Assembly: GCF_006345805.1 (NCBI RefSeq)
Contig: NW_021832374.1
Span: forward strand, 318,343-382,342
Length of the DNA: 64,000 nucleotides
DNA from: Octopus sinensis
Taxonomy: Eukaryota
Direction: 5' to 3'
Position numbers and translations under genes: made by a program. The notes beneath the pieces are model-generated. The model was not told the origin of the DNA and did not search any database. It worked only from the letters and a program-made list of their open reading frames with translations. Shown piece by piece: positions 58,077-64,000 of the stretch (position 1 is the first letter of the stretch; each line of letters starts with the position of its first letter).

Positions 58077-60015
58077 ATTTAGATTTCCTAAATTTTTAAA
58101 AACTTAAAAATTGAAAAACTTAATGCTTCCTAAGTAATGCCTCCTAGATCATCATTTTCGTTGGAAAAAAACGGTTCCTCATTTCAAGGAATATATAATT
58201 AAAAATTCTTAAAATTTCTGAAAGAGTTTCGCGATCAATACAAAAAGCATCTTCATAGCTTTCTTTCCCTAACTCTTGTTGAAATAGAAATATTCTAGTG
58301 ACTTAATAAAAAAATGAAAATAAGAGTATTTTATCGAATTACAATTCCTCTCGAGACCGACGGAAGTGTCAGGTATAGAGGGGAAGTCGGTATATTGAGT
58401 TTTTAAATTTACAAAATTCAAGTTGGGACCACAAAATACAGCTGATATTCAGAATAGAAAAGATCCGATATATCAAAGATGAAATACCAATGATAACCTA
58501 TAAGGTGAATCGGAACCAGAAGTTCAGTATGATTTTAAGGGAATTCAAGTATACCGAAGAGTCAGTTTATAAGGTTTGATTGTATTATAAAAATTATACA
58601 GTTTTGCCCCCTTGTCTTCGAAGTCTGTAGTTGTTGTTGCTAACCCCAGTCAGACATCAAGGTATGAGATTAGCGGCTAGCAAAACAACAGCGCTTCCCC
58701 GGATTGCTACCAAATGACCTCAGGAGAGTGAGCATCAAATTTTTTGCGGGCAAGGAGAAGATCAAGACAGCGGAAATACATCAAAAGTTGCAAAAATCCA
58801 TAAAAAAGTTGCCTATCCATTGTCCATAGCTAGCAGCAAAAAGTTCCACTATATTAATTAATACATTATAGTATACTGTGACAGTTCAAGATTAATAAAG
58901 TTTTATATTTCCATTTGCTTAGATGTTATTCCTAAAATCCTTATATGTCTACAAAAACCAAAAAAAGATAAATTGACTCTGACATGCTGTGCAAAATCAA
59001 ATCGCCAAAACTTTTCTCATTTCTTTTGTTAAATATTTTTTTACAAAATTCCTTTTCTAATTATACTACTCGTTTGTGTGAATAGCAAGTCCCTGATCTT
59101 GGTAAATCGTTTAAAAAATCGTTTTCTATTACTTGAAAAATTATATTAAAACAAAATACATGATTTTTTTTCATCCACGGGTACATGTTTAAATTTGGGA
59201 CTGTTTGAGAAATTCTGTAATTATTTTCTGGAAAATACAAATTAATAGTTGATCTGCATACATATTAAATGAAATATGACTGAAATTTAAATCGTCAGGA
59301 TAATATGTAGTATATTCATAAATTATTCTTCTCTTAAATATTCTAAAATTTGATGATTGATCAAAGTGGAAGTAATCAAAAGTTTAATAATTTTTTCACT
59401 TGCTTTTTACTCATATTCAAATTCAATTAAAATTTTTATTTTTAAATTGACTAAAAAATCAATACAATTAATAATACTTTCCGCAGGAAGGTGCGTGCTT
59501 TAGCCCCCCGGAGTTTCCCCTCTGTTCATTCCTAACTTAATTTGTTTTCTCTTAAATAATTAGAAGAGTACCCCCATTAATAATAACGCGAATTAAATTC
59601 CGTACGATAAAAACAAATTCTGAGTATTTAAAAAAATATAAATCACTTGGTAAAAAAACTCTTACTTAGAACATTTTTAAAGATTTTTGAACATTTTTTT
59701 ATTTACGAAAGTTTGACGAAACCTAGCATTTACGAAAAATTAAACTTAGAGTGAACAAAGTAATCTGATATTCAAATGAAAGACCATAAATCAGAAAAAT
59801 TTTTTTATAACCAAAAAAACTCTTCTTTAAAAAATTATAAATTAATAGTCCAAAAAAGTTAAAAGAATAAGATAGATGTACGCTCGTATCTATTTATCGA
59901 TCATTTGAAATGTCTATTTCCGTAAATTTCATTTATATTGATTATATAATTTCGTTCTTTTTTCGTTTATTGTCATTTTTTGTGAATGTGTTAGCAAAGG
60001 TTTATTGTACCAAAT

Positions 60016-60455
60016 GAAAACAAATTAAGTTAGGGACGGGCAGAGGGGAAACTCCGGGGGGGGGGCTAAAGCACGCACCCTCCTGCGGAAAGTACCGCAT
60101 GCGTGTTGCCACTGAGAATAGCGATGGATATCCGCTGCAATAGCCACGAAACCTCGCCTGACTCTTTCATTTTGTGGGCCAATTTCCTCCCGATGTCGCT
60201 GATGAAGGCCGAGGTTAGAGGCCTGTGACGCCCGATGTCTCCAAAGCGATCGGCACGAATATAAAACGGCGTCCAAGTACTTGGTATTTTTTAATTTTGG
60301 CCGTCTCAGCCTTTTCCGCAGCGGACCCGAGGGAAGTGGCAGATGACATGATTGCCGATAGAGAGAAAGAGTCGATGCACGTAGCATCCCAGACGAGGCA
60401 CTTGCCGTCCCGAAAAGGAAAGATTGTCATTCCGTCTGGGCGTTTGCCGTCACCA
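60016..60455 (-). mobile_element. CRE-like element 3' end (RLE domain)
   Basis: GKRPDGMTIFPFRDGKCLVWDATC..AAEKAETAKIKKY..FVPIALETSG; its 3' terminus is repeated in inverted orientation at 59475-59549. Confidence 0.85.
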
Positions 60456-60769
60456 AGTGAGATATATTTTCATACCTATATTTGTATTTTCTCTTCAATT
60501 CGACTGTCTATTTATGTTTGGATACTTTCTTCAGTTTTATATTTCTTGAAAAATATAGAGACGAGCCCATCCTATGTAAAAACAATAAGTACAATTTTTA
60601 CTTCAGTTTTGTAAATTAATTCTAGTTCACTAAAATATTTGTGCAGTTTTTGTCCACTTTCATCAATTACACTTGCACAGATTTTAGATGATCTATTCAA
60701 ATGACGCCCATATTAATTTTTTCGCTTGAATGATTAGAAAAAAAACAAATTTCAAATTTAATAAGGAGA

Positions 60770-61340
60770 TAACATCTCCGGCAAAAATTACTTTACAATT
60801 GCACCGTAAAGTGGCAAACAAATCCTATGAAATTGCAAACTTGTTTCGCAGAGGTCAAAGGTCTTCGAGAATATCCGTGCCCCGATCTGAAAAAAGCGCA
60901 CGTTCACGCTTCCAAATGATACCGCTGGTCTCAAAGGCAAAGGGAAAACAAACAGATTTCGGGAAAGAAACCTATTTTGTGATCTTCGAATCCTTCGCCC
61001 CGGAAGAAGCGTATCACAGGGTCGATGCTGAGATGTAAAGGAAAATAGCTGCGTGAGTGTCTGCAAAAGTTGCGTTTTATGAAAACGATTTTCCTTTTTT
61101 GAAAAGAAAGATTGTCTATTTACGATGTCATCGAGCGGTTCATGTTGTAAAGACCTTTAGCCACTGTGCTTGTTCAAGACTGTCGAGCCGTAAACACAAT
61201 TATGAAGCTGGAATATTTCTAATCAAGCCTCAGACAAACTCAGATCCTCAGGGCCTCGTTATCAGTAAAAGTCGGGTAAAGAACAAAGACGACGCCTTTA
61301 GCTGTTTACAAGCCTCATTCAAGCTTGCAATCTACACCAT
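60770..61340 (+). mobile_element. Possible degenerate retroelement remnant (Penelope/GIY-YIG-like C-terminus?)
   Basis: GC-richer island; EAGIFLIKPQTN weakly resembles the Penelope EAxxIxxxKPxLN motif. Confidence 0.25.
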
Positions 61341-62269
61341 TTACTAAATAATCTACAAGATTTTCTATTATTGTGTTTTTTAAAATTAGTATCTACTAGA
61401 ATTGTGTTAAATAAGTCATTTAAAACGAGTGAAACATCTAACTTTGTTTTTTAATATTTACTTTTAAGAACGACTGAATCGAATAAAAAATTGCATTTCA
61501 ACATAAATTCCTAAATAAATTCAACAACTTATGAGTTCAACAACAAAAATTCAATTTGATATAATCAATATGTCATTTTTATTAGTAAGAGTTAAAAGAA
61601 AACATCCAAAGACCGATTTAAGTAAAATAATTAAAGAAATGGTTATTGAAATGAAGAATATCCATTTTTGACTTGCATTGTCCAATAGAAATGCCAAGAA
61701 ACTTTCCGAACTAGTAAAATATTTTCTACAAAGATTGATACACTTGGATCAGTTAGACATTTTATGTAAATTAAGGATTTTGTCAATATCTTTCTCCATT
61801 TCAAGTGAAATTTTCAAAGCTCCTTCAATAGAGCTGTAGGTATTTTTAGGAACCTAAAGTCTATACCCAATATAACTTACTGGTATTATGTTCAATTTGA
61901 CCGTTCCTTCTTTTTTAGCAAATATTTCGAAATTATTGCATGTTCAATTTCCTCTTTAGCTTTTTTTTGAAAAAATTTGCAGCTGCTGGCATGCTTACTG
62001 AAAGTTTTCCAAAATAATTAGCCTATTATATTATACATACCATATCTTGGTATGCATATGACGCACAGTATTCTTCGTATATTTGAAGATTGATGGCTTT
62101 TTCAACTTTTTGTGAAAAATTTCGTTTATAACCGAAACACTCATTGATGTCGCACAATTATGCCGTTATCATTTGTCTCATTTTATAGTTTAACTAATTA
62201 CAGATTGATTACATCTTTACCTATCTACTTAAACTGTCAATCATTTTTATTTATTTATTTATTTAATGA

Positions 62270-62620
62270 CCAAAAGACCAGGGTAAGCCAGTTAACCGGG
62301 GAATTCATGTACCAGCAAGCGTGTAGGCTAATGAATTGTTCGTGCCCAAAACGAATCCCCTTGGCTTTTTGCTCGGAGAAAGCAAAGACATTGCCCGCAG
62401 AAAGCTGCTGGCTACCGCGGCTTTGAGGAGAATACAAAGCAAAGCATGGCTCCAAGCTCTGCCTGTAAATCGCCAACTCAGATCAAGACTTTATAACGCC
62501 TTCGTGAAACCTGTTCTATTTTATAATTCCTCCAAATGGGAGATCTCGGATACTGAACTGAGACTCTTTTCCCCGCAGGCAGTTGCACCTTCCACACGGA
62601 CTTTACTGGTCATCTAAAAT
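62270..62620 (+). mobile_element. RTE-like non-LTR RT C-terminal fragment
   Basis: LGFLLGESKDIARRKLLATAAL...RLYNAFVKPVLFYNSSKW. Confidence 0.7.
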
Positions 62621-63506
62621 TAATAATCAGTCACTCTGCAAACCCTATAATTCTACACCGAACGAAAGAGCACAATGAAGTTCCAACAATTTTTTCAATA
62701 TGTAAGTGATTTTATTCCCAACAATAATTCGAGGTATTCACAATAAATTGCTGACGGCAAATGATCTAGACAATGTTTAAATGAAGGCCAGGAAAAAGGC
62801 GGCGTTGGCGAAGATGGCATGCAGGATGGTTGAAATGCATGTTTAAGCGAAACCCTTTATGGGACATGCAAAAGAGCGCTTAACTAACTAATAAAACGGA
62901 AATATAATAAAATCAGTTTTGAGCTATCAGTTTATTTCAACAACATAGCTCTTAGTTAAGTTGCTGAAAAACATGAATGCTTGCTTATAAAATTTAAATA
63001 CTTGCGGTTTAAACACGAATGCATGCAGGTTAAACCCTAATGCTTGGAGATTCAACAATAATATTTATGAATTAATGATAATGGATGCCGTAATGGTAAA
63101 TAATTGTCATCTATCAAGTGAAGATTACGTCCCATTACTCTTTGAAAGTAGTATAGTAATGAGGAATAAATCTAAATCTACAATGAGACAATCTGGCCAA
63201 ACAATGAAGTGTTCTGTAACGTACACTTCAATGTATATTGACTTTTTATTTATGGCAATTCTCTATTTAAATTACGAGAAACTTTAAATTTATTTGTTTT
63301 GAAACTTTCAAAATAACATAAGAAGTGGGATTTAGCATTTTTTACTTTGGATATGTTTAAACTCAAATTTTTGTTCATTATATTACAATAAAACTTTGAA
63401 ATTTAAAGCACATTGAGATACCACAAATTTTTTGTAAAAAGAATGCCTACACATGCTCGATTGGATTGAGATCTAGATTTTATGGATACCAATTTATTGT
63501 TTTAAA

Positions 63507-64000
63507 TCAGTTGTTGTGGTGCTGTTCATGTCCGTTTTTCTCGATTAGAAGAAAATGAATCCCATGGGCCCTCCTGCAGAAATAAATTAAAAAAAGATAT
63601 GGTGGATGCAGGAACGATGTCTCTGGGCTGGATAATGCCACAAGAGCTAGTATAAACAATAACCCTACGTTGGAAGTCGTGTTGCCAATACTAACTTTCA
63701 CATCTTTCTGCAATTATTGAGGATGTCAATGTGTCTCTAAGAATGAATGGGTGTCACAGGTGTTCATCAACCAAACAAAGACTGGGGAGAATACCCAGGG
63801 GTGGCTGGAGTTTTATCCTTGAAAAGTTCAACGTGAAATTTCTGAGAGTACGAGTCTAACCAGATTGAAAAATATGGCCAAACTCAAACCAGTAGCTGGT
63901 AACAATAATGAGCTGTGGATCTAATAGCAAACAATTCCCAACAAGGGAACAAGTGGAAATCTCCAACTTCAGAAATTGCTTGGAAGAGATTAGCTTCCAA
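63507..64000 (+). mobile_element. 5' end of a second R4/Dong-like element (paralog of 28800-29210); runs off the window end
   Basis: agttgttgtggtg..catgtccgtt..gaatcc..tcctgc..ctggataa..EWVSQ..GRIPRGGW shared with the minus-strand element. Confidence 0.85.

Overview
AT-rich eukaryotic (animal) genomic DNA, not prokaryotic. Host genes are broken by very short GT-AG introns of about 25-31 nt, a pattern known from dicyemid mesozoans; this taxon assignment is inference. Recognisable host genes: three dispersed cathepsin L-like (C1A) protease copies, SDHAF2, a Lifeguard/TMBIM gene, an Ig-domain protein, a Bcl-2 family gene, ubinuclein, groucho/TLE, CFAP70, MRPL35, a TCF20/RAI1-like ePHD gene and a BAHCC1/TNRC18-like BAH gene. 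They sit among many transposons: Ingi/Vingi-like, R4/Dong-like RLE, CRE-like and RTE-like non-LTR elements, plus hAT, Tc1/IS630 and Tigger/pogo. The best finding is a full-length 3.3-kb Ingi/Vingi-like LINE (18747-22039, minus strand, 16-bp TSD) that splits the Bcl-2 gene. Its first nucleotide is G1 of a readable HDV-like self-cleaving ribozyme. An AUG inside that ribozyme reads in frame into a 2A/StopGo peptide (DVEQNPGP) just ahead of the APE endonuclease. The element's antisense strand also supplies in-frame ATGs to the 3' half of Bcl-2. Other points of interest: a TSD-flanked RLE element resembling those I recall from microsporidia, with a conserved 5' RNA fold; cathepsin duplicates with altered active-site motifs; filled and empty hAT sites; and hints of trans-splicing and operons. 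All alignments and folds were done by eye, and many boundaries are approximate.
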